Below are positions 27,516 to 36,633 of a stretch of 36,662 bases of DNA, one piece after another. The stretch covers positions 1 through 36,662 of the IMG/VR virus record IMGVR_UViG_2713896792_000001. The stretch is one strand, 5' to 3'. Position 1 is the first letter of the stretch. Each line of letters begins with the position of its first letter. A program made the position numbers and the translations under genes. The notes under the pieces were generated by a model. The model was not told the DNA's origin. It worked only from the letters and a program-made list of their open reading frames with translations, and ran no database searches. The DNA comes from a virus (Duplodnaviria > Heunggongvirae > Uroviricota > Caudoviricetes).

Positions 27516-27652
27516 ACAAAACAGAGAAGAGCATCACCGGACGACGGGCTCATAACCCAATCCATCCGGGCGGCAGTCACCGCAGGTGTTCTTCTCTGTT
27601 TTGTGGAGAAACTAACCGACCTTGCAGGGTCGATATGATGAGGAGCAGCAAA

Positions 27653-28015
27653 ATGGCTAGCGAACGCAGTACTGATGTGCAGGCATTTATCGGGGAGCTG
27701 GACGGCGGCGTATTTGAAACCAAAATCGGCGCAGTTCTCAGTGAAGTCGCTTCCGGTGTGATGAACACGAAAACCAAAGGTAAGGTCTCGCTCAACCTGG
27801 AAATCGAACCGTTTGATGAGAACCGAGTGAAAATCAAACACAAACTCTCATATGTTCGCCCGACTAACCGCGGGAAAATTTCCGAAGAAGACACCACCGA
27901 AACGCCGATGTATGTCAATCGCGGTGGTCGCCTGACTATTCTGCAGGAAGACCAGGGACAGTTACTGACTCTTGCCGGTGAACCTGACGGAAAACTCCGC
28001 GCAGCAGGTCGTTAA
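27653..28015 (+). CDS. yfdP: YfdP-like hypothetical protein
   Basis: 120 aa from Met107 of the track ORF (ATG 27653, SD GAGGAG); first of a 120/274/178/120-aa gene run matching the sizes and order I recall for CPS-53 yfdPQRS. Confidence 0.45.
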   Translation: MASERSTDVQAFIGELDGGVFETKIGAVLSEVASGVMNTKTKGKVSLNLEIEPFDENRVKIKHKLSYVRPTNRGKISEEDTTETPMYVNRGGRLTILQEDQGQLLTLAGEPDGKLRAAGR

Positions 28016-28080
28016 TATCGTTCTTAATAAACTGATTATTTATCTCATCACTGAATATCTTTATATAGTGAGGACTTATT

Positions 28081-28905
28081 ATGTCTCAGAACTTAGACGC
28101 AACCGCAATTAATCAAATCCATGCCCTTATTTCTGCTCAGGGTGTTAATGAAATTATCAGTAAGATTGGTGCCGATGCTGTGGCATTGCCTGAGAATTAC
28201 CGCATTCATGATCTGGAAAAATTTAATTTAAATCGTTTCCGTTTCCGTGGTGCGCTTTCCACTGCCAGCATCGATGACTTTACCCGTTATTCTAAAGATC
28301 TTGCAGATGAAGGCACCCGCTGCTTTATCGATGCCGATAATATGCGTGCCGTCAGTGTGCTTAACCTGGGTACTATTGATGAGCCAGGTCACGCAGATAA
28401 CACTGCCACTCTCAAACTGAAAAAGACAGCACCGTTCTCTGCTCTGTTGTCTGTTAACGGCGAGCGTAACTCCCAGAAGTCACTGGCAGAATGGATCGAA
28501 GACTGGGCCGACTACCTTGTGGGCTTTGATGCTAATGGTGATGCCATTCAGGCAACAAAAGCGGCTGCGGCAGTCCGTAAAATCACGATTGAAGCAAACC
28601 AGACCGCTGATTTTGAAGACAATGACTTCAGCGGCAAACGCTCCCTGATGGAGTCTGTCGAAGCGAAGACCAAAGATATTATGCCTGTGGCATTTGAATT
28701 TAAATGCGTTCCGTTTGAAGGCCTGAAAGAACGTCCGTTTAAATTACGCCTCAGCATTATCACTGGCGATCGTCCTGTACTGGTTCTGCGCATTATTCAG
28801 CTGGAAGCAGTACAGGAAGAAATGGCTAACGAATTTCGTGATCTGCTTGTTGAGAAATTCAAGGACAGCAAAGTAGAAACCTTTATTGGTACTTTCACCG
28901 CCTGA
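28081..28905 (+). CDS. yfdQ: YfdQ-like protein (DUF2303)
   Basis: 274-aa ORF, SD GTGAGGA; size and synteny match CPS-53 YfdQ (recollection). Confidence 0.55.
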   Translation: MSQNLDATAINQIHALISAQGVNEIISKIGADAVALPENYRIHDLEKFNLNRFRFRGALSTASIDDFTRYSKDLADEGTRCFIDADNMRAVSVLNLGTIDEPGHADNTATLKLKKTAPFSALLSVNGERNSQKSLAEWIEDWADYLVGFDANGDAIQATKAAAAVRKITIEANQTADFEDNDFSGKRSLMESVEAKTKDIMPVAFEFKCVPFEGLKERPFKLRLSIITGDRPVLVLRIIQLEAVQEEMANEFRDLLVEKFKDSKVETFIGTFTA

Positions 28906-28917
28906 TTTCATTACTGC

Positions 28918-28939
28918 AAATGCCCCTGCGGGGGCATTT
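28918..28939 (+). terminator. hairpin downstream of yfdQ-like gene (weak terminator or attenuator)
   Basis: AAATGCCCC-TGCG-GGGGCATTT perfect 9-bp stem; only a short T run follows. Confidence 0.3.
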
Positions 28940-29032
28940 ATGGAAACGTAATTGACTCAATAATCGCCGGATGGTGAGGGCTTCCTTTTACCAGAATTCA
29001 GCGCGGTGCAGCGCATATACGTGGAGAACAAA

Positions 29033-29569
29033 ATGTCATTTATTAAAACTTTTTCCGGGAAGCATTTTTATTATGACAGGATAAATAAAGACGACATCGT
29101 TATTAACGATATCGCGGTTTCTCTTTCAAATATCTGTCGCTTTGCAGGACATCTTTCACATTTCTACAGCGTCGCCCAACATGCGGTGCTTTGCAGCCAG
29201 CTGGTACCGCAGGAATTTGCTTTTGAAGCGTTAATGCATGATGCAACAGAAGCATATTGCCAGGACATCCCCGCACCACTGAAACGCCTTCTTCCTGACT
29301 ATAAACGGATGGAAGAAAAAATAGACGCCGTAATCCGTGAGAAATACGGGTTACCCCCGGTTATTAGCACGCCTGTGAAATATGCCGATCTCATCATGCT
29401 GGCAACCGAACGCCGCGATCTCGGGCTTGATGATGGCTCTTTCTGGCCTGTACTGGAAGGTATCCCGGCAACAGAGATGTTCAAAGTTATTCCACTGTCG
29501 CCAGGCCATGCCTATGGGATGTTTATGGAACGTTTTAACGAGTTATCGGAGTTACGCAAATGCGCATGA
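29033..29569 (+). CDS. yfdR: HD-domain 5'-deoxynucleotidase, YfdR-like
   Basis: 178 aa from Met10 of track ORF (SD GGAGAA); H...HD motif visible (AQHAV ... ALMHDATEAY). Confidence 0.6.
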   Translation: MSFIKTFSGKHFYYDRINKDDIVINDIAVSLSNICRFAGHLSHFYSVAQHAVLCSQLVPQEFAFEALMHDATEAYCQDIPAPLKRLLPDYKRMEEKIDAVIREKYGLPPVISTPVKYADLIMLATERRDLGLDDGSFWPVLEGIPATEMFKVIPLSPGHAYGMFMERFNELSELRKCA

Positions 29570-29922
29570 ATGTTTTCGAAATGGAAGGGGTTCTTCGCGG
29601 GAAATGTGTACCGCGAGATCTGAAAGTGAATGAAACAAATGCTGAGTATCTGGTACGTAAATTCGATGCGCTTGAAGCTAAATGTGCGGCTCTGGAAAAC
29701 AAAGTAATACCAGTGTCAGCTGAACTGCCGCCAGCAAATGAAAGTGTTCTGTTATTTGATGCTAATGGAGAAGGCTGGCTGATTGGCTGGCGTTCTCTCT
29801 GGTACACATGGGGGCAAAAAGAAACCGGAGAATGGCAGTGGACATTTAAGGTCGGGGACCTTGAAAACGTCAATATCACTCACTGGGCAGTAATGCCGAA
29901 AGCACCAGAGACTAAGAAATGA
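29560..29922 (+). CDS. yfdS: YfdS-like protein (DUF551-like)
   Basis: 120-aa ORF overlapping yfdR-like stop (alternative ATG at 29566 in an ATGA overlap); Trp-rich C-terminal region. Confidence 0.5.
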   Translation: MRMNVFEMEGVLRGKCVPRDLKVNETNAEYLVRKFDALEAKCAALENKVIPVSAELPPANESVLLFDANGEGWLIGWRSLWYTWGQKETGEWQWTFKVGDLENVNITHWAVMPKAPETKK

Positions 29923-30134
29923 GCGTGATAAAAACTCATACAGGAATTGTTATCACCCGAGACGGTGAAAAGCGGATGAAATTACATTCCACTGAAACGT
30001 CCTGGGTTGCCGGACGTTGTGAATCCTACGACAAAAAGACTGGTTACCGTTGGGGTGCGCCAAACATGCGTCGCCGTCTGCTCCTGGACAGCATCAGGCC
30101 AATAAAACAGGTAGCAACCAGAGAACAAAATTAA
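29919..30134 (+). CDS. small hypothetical protein
   Basis: 71-aa ORF whose ATG overlaps the upstream stop (ATGA). Confidence 0.4.
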   Translation: MSVIKTHTGIVITRDGEKRMKLHSTETSWVAGRCESYDKKTGYRWGAPNMRRRLLLDSIRPIKQVATREQN

Positions 30135-30193
30135 TTATCAGGACTGGAATTTGATATTACTGCCCGTGTGCAGCGGGCTAAGTGGAGAAACAT

Positions 30194-30400
30194 ATGCTGA
30201 ACCTCGATTGCGTTCCTATCTCAACTTATTGCAAAGAAACTGGCGAAACTCCTGAAGCAATAAACAAACGTGTACAGCGCGGTGTTTGGCGTGAAGGTGT
30301 TCAGGTTTTAAAGGTTGAAGGCGTTAAGGAGAGGTGGATTGATCTTAGTGAGGTTGCAAAATGGGCCAGACAAAATTGCTCAAACTACCGCGCGGCGTAA
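30194..30400 (+). CDS. excisionase (Xis-like)
   Basis: 68 aa from Met5 of track ORF (SD GGAGAA); winged-helix-like pattern and position immediately upstream of and overlapping int. Confidence 0.5.
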   Translation: MLNLDCVPISTYCKETGETPEAINKRVQRGVWREGVQVLKVEGVKERWIDLSEVAKWARQNCSNYRAA

Positions 30401-31557
30401 CAATCAGAAAACACCGTCAGGGAGAAACGATCAATATAACTTTCACCTACAAAGGAGTTAAATGTCGTGAGCCACTTTCCAATCTGGAAGTAACACCAAA
30501 GAACATTAAATACGCCGAGCGCACACTCGGCGAAATTCATAATAAGATCGAAAGGGGAACATTCATTTATGCGGAATATTTTCCCCGTTCTGCTCGTTTG
30601 AAAATTTTTGGTAATGCTGCTGCAGGCAAAACGGTAAAAATGTACCTGGACGAATACCTTGAAATCTGCGAAACGAGAAAACTTTCACCATCTACGATTG
30701 GTGGTTATAAAAAATGCCGTAGTGCGTTAGCCTCACTCCACATTTGCCCTGCAAGTGAATTAACACCAGCAATCCTGAAAGCGTGGATTCAAAGCCAGAA
30801 AACGACCTTAAAAACAATTCGCAACCAGTTATCTTTCCTGCGGTCAGCACTTGATGAAGCCGTAACCGATGGGGTACTTCAAATTAACCCCGTATCGTTG
30901 GTAACTGCTTCGCGCTACCAAAGTGATAAGTCAGAAGCAGAAAGCAGCTACGTGGTTGATCCGCTATCACCAACAGAAGTTGATGCATTACTAGCAGCAG
31001 CCGGAAACAAACAATGGGAGAATCTGTTCCGGTTCGCTATACATACAGGCCTGCGTAGTTCTGAATTATGTGCCCTTCGATGGCGTGATATCGACTTTGT
31101 TGGAAAAACTGCCCATGTCCAGAGCGCAAGTGTTGTCGGTGTTATCAAAGGGACAAAGACAAAAGCAGGTACTCGTAAAGTTGAACTGACAGAAGAGGCA
31201 ATGTTGGCGCTGATAAATCAGAAGCCATTTACATTCATGAAGGATGCTACTGTCTTTGAAGACCCAAAGACCAATAAGCCTTGGGCAAGTGCTGATGCAA
31301 TCAGGAAAAAAGCATGGGTGCCAACATTACGGAAAGCAGGTATTCGATACAGAAATCCATATCAAACTAGGCATACATTCGCCACCAGCCATATCAGCCG
31401 AGGAGCAAATCTGTTTTGGCTTGCAGCTCAAATGGGGCATAAAGGGCCGGAAATGCTTTTCAGGCATTATGGTTCGTATCTCGTAGACTATGATGGCAAG
31501 ACAGCTTGTAAGGACCAAGTATCAAAAAATCCGGAGAACATGAAAATTGAGAAGTAA
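30361..31557 (+). CDS. tyrosine integrase (lambda-type, with arm-binding N-domain)
   Basis: 398-aa ORF; C-terminal catalytic region RHTFATSHISRGANLFWLAAQMGHKGPEMLFRHYGSY (R, H-x-x-R, Y); overlaps xis 3' end. Confidence 0.8.
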   Translation: MGQTKLLKLPRGVTIRKHRQGETINITFTYKGVKCREPLSNLEVTPKNIKYAERTLGEIHNKIERGTFIYAEYFPRSARLKIFGNAAAGKTVKMYLDEYLEICETRKLSPSTIGGYKKCRSALASLHICPASELTPAILKAWIQSQKTTLKTIRNQLSFLRSALDEAVTDGVLQINPVSLVTASRYQSDKSEAESSYVVDPLSPTEVDALLAAAGNKQWENLFRFAIHTGLRSSELCALRWRDIDFVGKTAHVQSASVVGVIKGTKTKAGTRKVELTEEAMLALINQKPFTFMKDATVFEDPKTNKPWASADAIRKKAWVPTLRKAGIRYRNPYQTRHTFATSHISRGANLFWLAAQMGHKGPEMLFRHYGSYLVDYDGKTACKDQVSKNPENMKIEK

Positions 31558-31665
31558 AACGCCCGATAGCACTAGCCCCCCTTCGCAAAACAGTAAAGCT
31601 TACAAGAATGTTAGCAGGATGATGAGGATAGTGTACAATGGTTTTAGTGTGCATTAAATGCAAAG

Positions 31666-31700
31666 ATTTGACGTTTTTTGTCAAATTTGTGCTATAAAAT
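31666..31700 (+). promoter_or_regulatory. candidate promoter/operator of the AbiL-like operon
   Basis: Palindrome ATTTGAC-N7-GTCAAAT (31666-31686) and extended -10-like TGcTATAAA (31690-31698) about 50 bp upstream of the ATPase ATG. Confidence 0.3.
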
Positions 31701-31747
31701 CACTTTTAGTGGTTTTTAAGCTATGGGAAGTTAAAAGGGTATAAATT

Positions 31748-33013
31748 ATGTTGATTGAGTTTACAGTACAAAACTATAAATCTATTTCAGAGAAACAAAC
31801 ACTGAGTTTAGTTGCATCAAAACTTAACGATTTGCCTAATAATCTGTTCAGTATTGATGAACCTAAATCTCTTGAATTGCTTAAAAGTGCTGTGATTTAT
31901 GGCCCTAATGCTGCCGGAAAATCAAACATTATTAACGCTATTACAACTATGGCTGAACTTATTGTCCGGTCTGCTACAGGTTATAAAAGTGGTGATAAAC
32001 TTGATATCACGCCTTTTAGACTAGACTCAAAGAAGATTAATCAACCATCTGAATTTGAAATTAACTTTATTTCCGAAGGCATCAGATACCAGTATGGTTT
32101 TTCTGCAACAGAAGATTTTATTCACGACGAATGGTTATTTGCATTCCCCAAAGGCAGACCACAAAAATGGTTTTTACGTCTATGGGATGAAGAAAAACAA
32201 ACCCATGAATGGGAGTTGGGGCCATCGTTGACAGGAGAAAAACAAACATGGTTGAAATCAACCAGGCCTAATGCGCTCTTTCTTTCTACAGCGGTACAAT
32301 TAAACAGTGTACAACTAAAACCTGTATACGATTGGTTTTATTACAAAGTTAAATTTACTGAATTAACAGGTTGGGATAGTGATTACAGTGCAAAGCAATG
32401 CTTAAATGATAAGAAAGATGAGATTCTCAATTTTTTAAAAGCTGCCGATGTAGGTATTGATGACATTCATGTAACAAAAGAAAAATTCAATCCCAATGCT
32501 CTTCCTGATGATATGCCTGCAGCCATCAAGGAACTAGTGATTAAGAATATGCAAGGCAAGGAAGAATATGTCATTAAAACACTTCATAATAATGAGGATG
32601 GAGAGCCAATTCCATTCGATTTAAAAGATGAATCGCATGGAACTAGAAAAATCTTTAGTTTCGCGGGTCCCTTATCACATTCACTCGAGACAGGAAACAT
32701 CCTGTTTATTGATGAATTAAATGATAACTTACACCCCAAATTAGTTGAGTTTATTGTAGGTTTATTTCACGATAAAAATATCAATAAGAATGGTGCCCAG
32801 TTAATCTTTACAACTCATGAGACGTCTATTTTAAATCAAGATGTTTTCAGACGAGATCAGATTTGGTTTGTAGAAAAAGACAATTCAAAGCAAACAAATC
32901 TTTTCCCACTTACGGATTTTAGTCCAAGAAAAGGAAGGGAGAATTTAGAAGCTTCTTATCTTGACGGTAGATATGGGGCTTTACCACTCATTGGGAAATG
33001 GGAGAGATATTAA
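31748..33013 (+). CDS. AAA_21/ABC-type ATPase, AbiLi-like
   Basis: 421 aa; Walker A GPNAAGKSN, Walker B ILFIDELNDN, H-loop FTTHE; AT-rich gene; SD AAGGG. Confidence 0.7.
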   Translation: MLIEFTVQNYKSISEKQTLSLVASKLNDLPNNLFSIDEPKSLELLKSAVIYGPNAAGKSNIINAITTMAELIVRSATGYKSGDKLDITPFRLDSKKINQPSEFEINFISEGIRYQYGFSATEDFIHDEWLFAFPKGRPQKWFLRLWDEEKQTHEWELGPSLTGEKQTWLKSTRPNALFLSTAVQLNSVQLKPVYDWFYYKVKFTELTGWDSDYSAKQCLNDKKDEILNFLKAADVGIDDIHVTKEKFNPNALPDDMPAAIKELVIKNMQGKEEYVIKTLHNNEDGEPIPFDLKDESHGTRKIFSFAGPLSHSLETGNILFIDELNDNLHPKLVEFIVGLFHDKNINKNGAQLIFTTHETSILNQDVFRRDQIWFVEKDNSKQTNLFPLTDFSPRKGRENLEASYLDGRYGALPLIGKWERY

Positions 33014-33699
33014 TGGGAAGCGAAGATCTGTTCAAAAAAAGAAAGGCTCGGCGTAATAATGAATTCAAACGAGTTAGTAAAGCACGAGCTCAAATGAAGA
33101 AAATTCTTATCGTCTGTGAGGGAGAGAAGACTGAGCCCGCATATTTTACAGATTTTATAAAACATTGCCGTATAAGCACGGCAAGCATAGTTGAGATTTC
33201 TGGAGAGTGCGGCTCAAGCCCTATGAATGTGGTATCTTGGGCAAAAGAAAAATATAATACGGAAAAAAAAAGGAGCGACCCTTATGATAAGGTTTATTGT
33301 GTCTTTGATAGAGACGCTCACCCTAACTATGATGAAGCTCTTAGCAGGATTAATTCCTTAAATCCAAAAGGGATTTTTGTTGCTATAACTTCCATACCAT
33401 GTTTCGAGTACTGGCTGATACTACATTTTGGATACACCCGAAAATCATTTTCACCTCAGAAAGGCAAAAGTGAAGGCGCACAAATGCTAGCTGAGTTAAA
33501 AAAATACATGCCAGATTATGAGAAAAAGGCATCAGGTGTATTTAATAAATTGCAAGATCGGCTCGATACGGCATTAATCAATGCTAAAAGAGTCGAAGAT
33601 GCCGCCAAAAAAGACGGTTCGATAAATCCTTCAACTAAAGTTGGCGCTTTGATTACAGATCTAATTAACATTCGTGATGACTTTGAAAATGAGAAGTAA
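33013..33699 (+). CDS. RloB-like (TOPRIM-like) protein, AbiLii-like
   Basis: Start at Met6 of track ORF (TAATG overlap, SD GGGAGAG); N-terminal ILIVCEGEKTEPAYF motif characteristic of RloB-family proteins (recollection). Confidence 0.6.
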   Translation: MGSEDLFKKRKARRNNEFKRVSKARAQMKKILIVCEGEKTEPAYFTDFIKHCRISTASIVEISGECGSSPMNVVSWAKEKYNTEKKRSDPYDKVYCVFDRDAHPNYDEALSRINSLNPKGIFVAITSIPCFEYWLILHFGYTRKSFSPQKGKSEGAQMLAELKKYMPDYEKKASGVFNKLQDRLDTALINAKRVEDAAKKDGSINPSTKVGALITDLINIRDDFENEK

Positions 33700-33824
33700 A
33701 AATAACATGTCATGATGTAGCGACGGCAGCATGTTTAAGTTCAAATGGCAAAGTGTACGCGAAGTATACGCGGATCAAAAACAATAGAAAAAACGTATAT
33801 TTTACAAAAGATTATATAAATTTT

Positions 33825-33855
33825 GACGCGGGTTCAACTCCCGCCAGCTCCACCA
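33825..33855 (+). other. ssrA: attachment-site core: 3'-terminal 31 nt of the tmRNA gene ssrA (fragment only)
   Basis: GACGCGGGTTCAACTCCCGCCAGCTCCACCA is identical to the 3' end of E. coli ssrA as I recall it; the upstream sequence is not ssrA. Confidence 0.6.
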
Positions 33856-33901
33856 AAATTCTCCATCGGTGATTACCAGAGTCATCCGATGAAGTCCTAA
33901 G

Positions 33902-33935
33902 AGCCCGCACGGCGCAAGCCCTGCGGGCTTTTTTG
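33902..33935 (+). terminator. rho-independent terminator (native ssrA terminator)
   Basis: AGCCCGCA ... TGCGGGCT stem followed by TTTTTT. Confidence 0.55.
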
Positions 33936-33986
33936 TGCCCTCAATTTGTCCCGCGAAGTCCGAAGAAAACTAATTAAATCCGATCC

Positions 33987-34044
33987 TTTTAGGCACCTTG
34001 TTAGGCACCTCATAAAGCTTTATTGTTTTTTGAGGTGCCTAAAA
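33987..34044. repeat. TAGGCACC repeat cluster upstream of intA-like gene (candidate protein-binding sites)
   Basis: Direct repeats TTTTAGGCACCT / TTGTTAGGCACCTCA and inverted copy TGAGGTGCCTAAAA. Confidence 0.35.
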
Positions 34045-34060
34045 CTATGGAAACCCGGCA

Positions 34061-35302
34061 ATGGCAAGACAAACCAAACCTCTATCCGTTAAAGAAATAG
34101 AATCAGCCAAACCCAAGGAGGCGGACTACGTTCTCTATGATGGCGATGGCCTTGAGCTACTCATTAAATCCAGCGGGAGTAAAATCTGGCAGTTTCGCTA
34201 CATTCGCCCTGTCACCAAGAAACGAGCAAAGAAGAGCATAGGCTCCTACCCGTCAGTTACCCTTGCCGATGCCAGAAACTACCGTGCAGAGTCCCGCTCA
34301 CTACTGGCTAAACAGATCGATCCGCAGGAACATCAGCAAGAACAATTGCGCAGTTCGCTGGAAGCCAAAACCAACACTTTCCAACTCGTAGCTGAACGTT
34401 GGTGGAATGTGAAGAAAGCCAGTGTGACAGAGGACTATGCGGAAGATATCTGGCGCTCTCTTGAAAGAGACGTCTTTCCTGCGATTGGCGACGTTAGCGT
34501 TACAGATATTAAAGCTCATACACTGGTTCAGGCCGTACAACCGGTTCAGGCCAGAGGAGCACTGGAAACTGTTCGTCGCCTGTGCCAACGTATTAATGAG
34601 GTCATGATCTATGCCCAGAACACAGGGCTGATTGATGCTGTTCCCAGCGTTAATATCGGTAAAGCCTTCGAGAAGCCTCAGAAAAAGAACATGCCCAGCA
34701 TTCGACCGGATCAGCTACCTCAGTTAATGCAGACGATGCGAACAGCCAGCATTAGCCTTTCCACACGCTGCCTGTTCATGTGGCAACTTCTTACTATTAC
34801 CCGCCCTGCCGAAGCGGCTGAAGCTCTCTGGGAAGAGGTAGACATAGAAGCGCGAGAGTGGAAGATTCCTGCAGCACGCATGAAAATGAACCGCGACCAT
34901 ACTGTTCCATTGTCAGATGAAGCAATTGCGATACTAGAGATGATGAAGCCGTTAAGTGGAAATCGAGAATTTATCTTTCCCAGCCGCATCAAGCCAAACC
35001 AGCCGATGAACAGTCAGACCGTAAACGCATCGCTAAAACGCGCAGGTTTTGGTGGGGTGCTCGTTTCACACGGCCTGCGATCTATCGCCAGTACAGCCCT
35101 TAATGAGCAGGGATTTCCACCTGATGTTATTGAGGCTGCACTTGCTCATGTGGATAAGAATGAGGTTCGTCGTGCGTATAACCGTAGTGATTATCTTGAG
35201 CAGCGACGGCCTATGATGCAGTGGTGGGCTGATTTTGTGATGGCTGCAGATCACGGTAGTATGATTGAAGGAGGGATAAAGGCAATGCGGTTAGTTGGAT
35301 GA
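34061..35302 (+). CDS. intA: P4-family tyrosine integrase, CP4-57 IntA-like
   Basis: 413-aa ORF directly downstream of the ssrA 3' end, as intA is in E. coli K-12; N-terminus MARQTKPL..YDGDGLELLIKSSGSK.WQFRY and C-terminus VSHGLRSIASTALNEQGFPPDVIEAALAH match IntA as recalled. Confidence 0.8.
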   Translation: MARQTKPLSVKEIESAKPKEADYVLYDGDGLELLIKSSGSKIWQFRYIRPVTKKRAKKSIGSYPSVTLADARNYRAESRSLLAKQIDPQEHQQEQLRSSLEAKTNTFQLVAERWWNVKKASVTEDYAEDIWRSLERDVFPAIGDVSVTDIKAHTLVQAVQPVQARGALETVRRLCQRINEVMIYAQNTGLIDAVPSVNIGKAFEKPQKKNMPSIRPDQLPQLMQTMRTASISLSTRCLFMWQLLTITRPAEAAEALWEEVDIEAREWKIPAARMKMNRDHTVPLSDEAIAILEMMKPLSGNREFIFPSRIKPNQPMNSQTVNASLKRAGFGGVLVSHGLRSIASTALNEQGFPPDVIEAALAHVDKNEVRRAYNRSDYLEQRRPMMQWWADFVMAADHGSMIEGGIKAMRLVG

Positions 35303-35382
35303 CATGTCGTAGCTAAAACCCGTTCTGTTTTTGGGTAGATTAACCTGAAGGTCTGCAATTTTAAATGACGCTGAAAGAAGTT

Positions 35383-35410
35383 AAACCCTGCTCTTAAGCA
35401 GGGTTTTTAT
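35383..35410 (+). terminator. rho-independent terminator downstream of intA-like gene
   Basis: AAACCCTGCT-CTTA-AGCAGGGTTT 10-bp stem followed by TTAT. Confidence 0.45.
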
Positions 35411-35512
35411 GATTTATTCTAATTTTGGTTTTGAATCTTTCTGACCTGCTCCCCGTTGATTAGTACACCCCGATGTTAGTAATGTCTTCATAAGCCACAT
35501 GAGGACATCCCC

Positions 35513-35776
35513 ATGAAGAAGCGTTTTTCCGACGAACAGATCATCAGTATTCTCCGCGAAGCCGAAGCTGGGGTACCCGCCCGTGAACTCTGCCGCAAGC
35601 ATGCCATTTCCGATGCCACGTTTTACACCTGGCGTAAGAAGTATGGCGGTATGGAGGTGCCTGAAGTTAAGCGCCTGAAGTCGCTTGAGGAAGAGAACGC
35701 CAGACTCAAGAAGCTGCTTGCCGAAGCCATGCTGGATAAAGAGGCGCTTCAGGTGGCTCTTGGGCGAAAGTACTGA
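35513..35776 (+). CDS. IS3-family transposase OrfA (HTH)
   Basis: 87 aa; HTH plus leucine-zipper-like C-terminus ([26 protein letters not shown]). Confidence 0.8.
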   Translation: MKKRFSDEQIISILREAEAGVPARELCRKHAISDATFYTWRKKYGGMEVPEVKRLKSLEEENARLKKLLAEAMLDKEALQVALGRKY

Positions 35777-35799
35777 CGACAGACCAGAAGCGGGAAGCC

Positions 35800-36633
35800 G
35801 TGATGTTGATGTGTGATGCGACCGGTCTGTCGCAACGTCGTGCCTGCAGGCTTACAGGTTTATCCCTGTCGACCTGCCGCTATGAGGCTCACCGTCCGGC
35901 TGCTGATGCGCATTTATCAGGGCGCATCACTGAGCTGGCACTGGAGCGCAGGCGTTTTGGCTACCGTCGTATTTGGCAGTTGCTGCGCCGTGAAGGGCTT
36001 CATGTTAATCATAAGCGCGTGTACCGGCTTTATCACCTCAGTGGCCTGGGCGTAAAACGCAGAAGACGTCGTAAAGGGCTGGCAACAGAACGTCTGCCGC
36101 TGCTCCGTCCGGCGGCGCCCAATCTGACCTGGTCGATGGATTTCGTCATGGACGCACTTTCCACCGGTCGCAGGATCAAGTGTCTTACCTGCGTCGATGA
36201 TTTCACAAAGGAATGCCTGACGGTCACTGTTGCCTTTGGGATTTCAGGCGTTCAGGTCACGCGTATTCTGGACAGCATTGCACTGTTTCGAGGCTATCCG
36301 GCGACGATAAGAACTGACCAGGGGCCGGAGTTCACTTGCCGTGCACTGGATCAATGGGCCTTTGAGCATGGTGTTGAGTTGCGCTTAATCCAGCCGGGCA
36401 AGCCAACGCAGAACGGATTTATTGAGAGCTTTAACGGACGATTTCGCGATGAATGTTTGAATGAGCACTGGTTCAGCGATATCGTTCATGCCAGGAAAAT
36501 TATTAATGACTGGCGGCAGGATTATAACGAATGCCGCCCGCACTCCACGCTGAATTATCAGACACCGTCTGAATTTGCAGCGGGCTGGAGAAAGGGTCAT
36601 TCTGAGAATGAAGATTCCGACGTTACTAACTGA
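35800..36633 (+). CDS. IS3-family transposase OrfB (DDE/rve catalytic domain)
   Basis: 277 aa in the -1 frame relative to orfA; that frame is open from 35740, so an OrfAB fusion by -1 frameshifting is possible; DDE-type motifs ([23 protein letters not shown]). Confidence 0.8.
   Translation: MMLMCDATGLSQRRACRLTGLSLSTCRYEAHRPAADAHLSGRITELALERRRFGYRRIWQLLRREGLHVNHKRVYRLYHLSGLGVKRRRRRKGLATERLPLLRPAAPNLTWSMDFVMDALSTGRRIKCLTCVDDFTKECLTVTVAFGISGVQVTRILDSIALFRGYPATIRTDQGPEFTCRALDQWAFEHGVELRLIQPGKPTQNGFIESFNGRFRDECLNEHWFSDIVHARKIINDWRQDYNECRPHSTLNYQTPSEFAAGWRKGHSENEDSDVTN

Noticed and set aside
27185-27650. tRNA gene in the structured leader region
   Set aside because: No T-loop (GTTCRANYC-like) or acceptor-stem arrangement could be found by eye
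27268-27841. Track ORFs 27268-27555 (+), 27335-27652 as N-terminal extension of the yfdP-like gene, and 27356-27841 (-)
   Set aside because: Mutually overlapping, no start contexts, compositionally biased; the yfdP-like gene has a good SD-ATG at 27653, so the upstream part is treated as non-coding leader
33700-33855. Complete tmRNA (ssrA) gene
   Set aside because: Only the terminal 31 nt match ssrA; the preceding sequence is unrelated, so this is an att-site remnant, not a functional gene
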